58,431 nt of DNA from Bacteroidales bacterium (GTDB taxonomy: Bacteria; Bacteroidota; Bacteroidia; Bacteroidales; PUMT01): the NCBI GenBank assembly GCA_007133565.1, contig SLMM01000036.1, positions 1 to 58,431 on the forward strand. The letters run 5' to 3'. The translations under genes were made by a program, and so were the position numbers. Every line of letters begins with the position of its first letter. The first letter of the stretch is position 1. Shown in pieces: positions 58,345-58,431 of this stretch. The notes beneath the pieces were generated by a model, which saw only the letters and a program-made list of their open reading frames with translations, was not told where the DNA came from and did no database searches.

Positions 58345-58431
58345 TCAATCGCCCCCGATCCAGGAGGCGATATCCTCTATAACCCCCTGGTAAACATTGT
58401 TCTTCTCGAAATATTCGGAAGGGTTCGGGGC
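58345..58431 (-). CDS. 3' end of a CDS running off the window, possibly an alpha/beta hydrolase
   Basis: Minus frame reads APNPSEYFEKNNVYQGVIEDIASWIGGD-stop, which resembles the C-terminal helix of alpha/beta hydrolases; too short for the ORF track. Confidence 0.55.
   Translation of the reverse strand, partial: APNPSEYFEKNNVYQGVIEDIASWIGGD

Overview
Chromosomal, mostly housekeeping segment of a Bacteroidota (Bacteroidales-like) genome. The assignment is inferred from many TAnnTTTG (-7) promoter elements, AT-rich Shine-Dalgarno-less start regions, and Bacteroidota-typical gene orders (purH-mreBCD-mrdA-rodA, rsmA-mgtE, recQ divergent from kdsD-tatC-lptB, DUF4271-hemD-rnpA-yidD). It holds about 47 CDS (two cut by the window edges) and one tRNA-Leu(TAG). 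I saw no rRNA, CRISPR array, prophage, IS or defence system. I did not find a clearly new multi-gene system. The best leads are: (1) an ECF sigma / putative anti-sigma / outer-membrane beta-barrel locus with an identical TGTAAC-N17-CGTCA promoter in front of both the sigma and the barrel gene; (2) a 7 x 24-bp coding repeat in the DUF4271 membrane protein that builds a tandem array of Bacteroidota O-glycosylation sequons (D-T-L); (3) an RsmA/KsgA with a 24-bp-repeat-derived insertion; (4) a MoeB/ThiF paralogue that has lost most catalytic residues; (5) a stand-alone COG2403 P-loop enzyme of the cDPG-synthetase / arginine-synthetase type; (6) several non-coding repeats and hairpins. All product calls come from motif recognition by eye; no searches were run.
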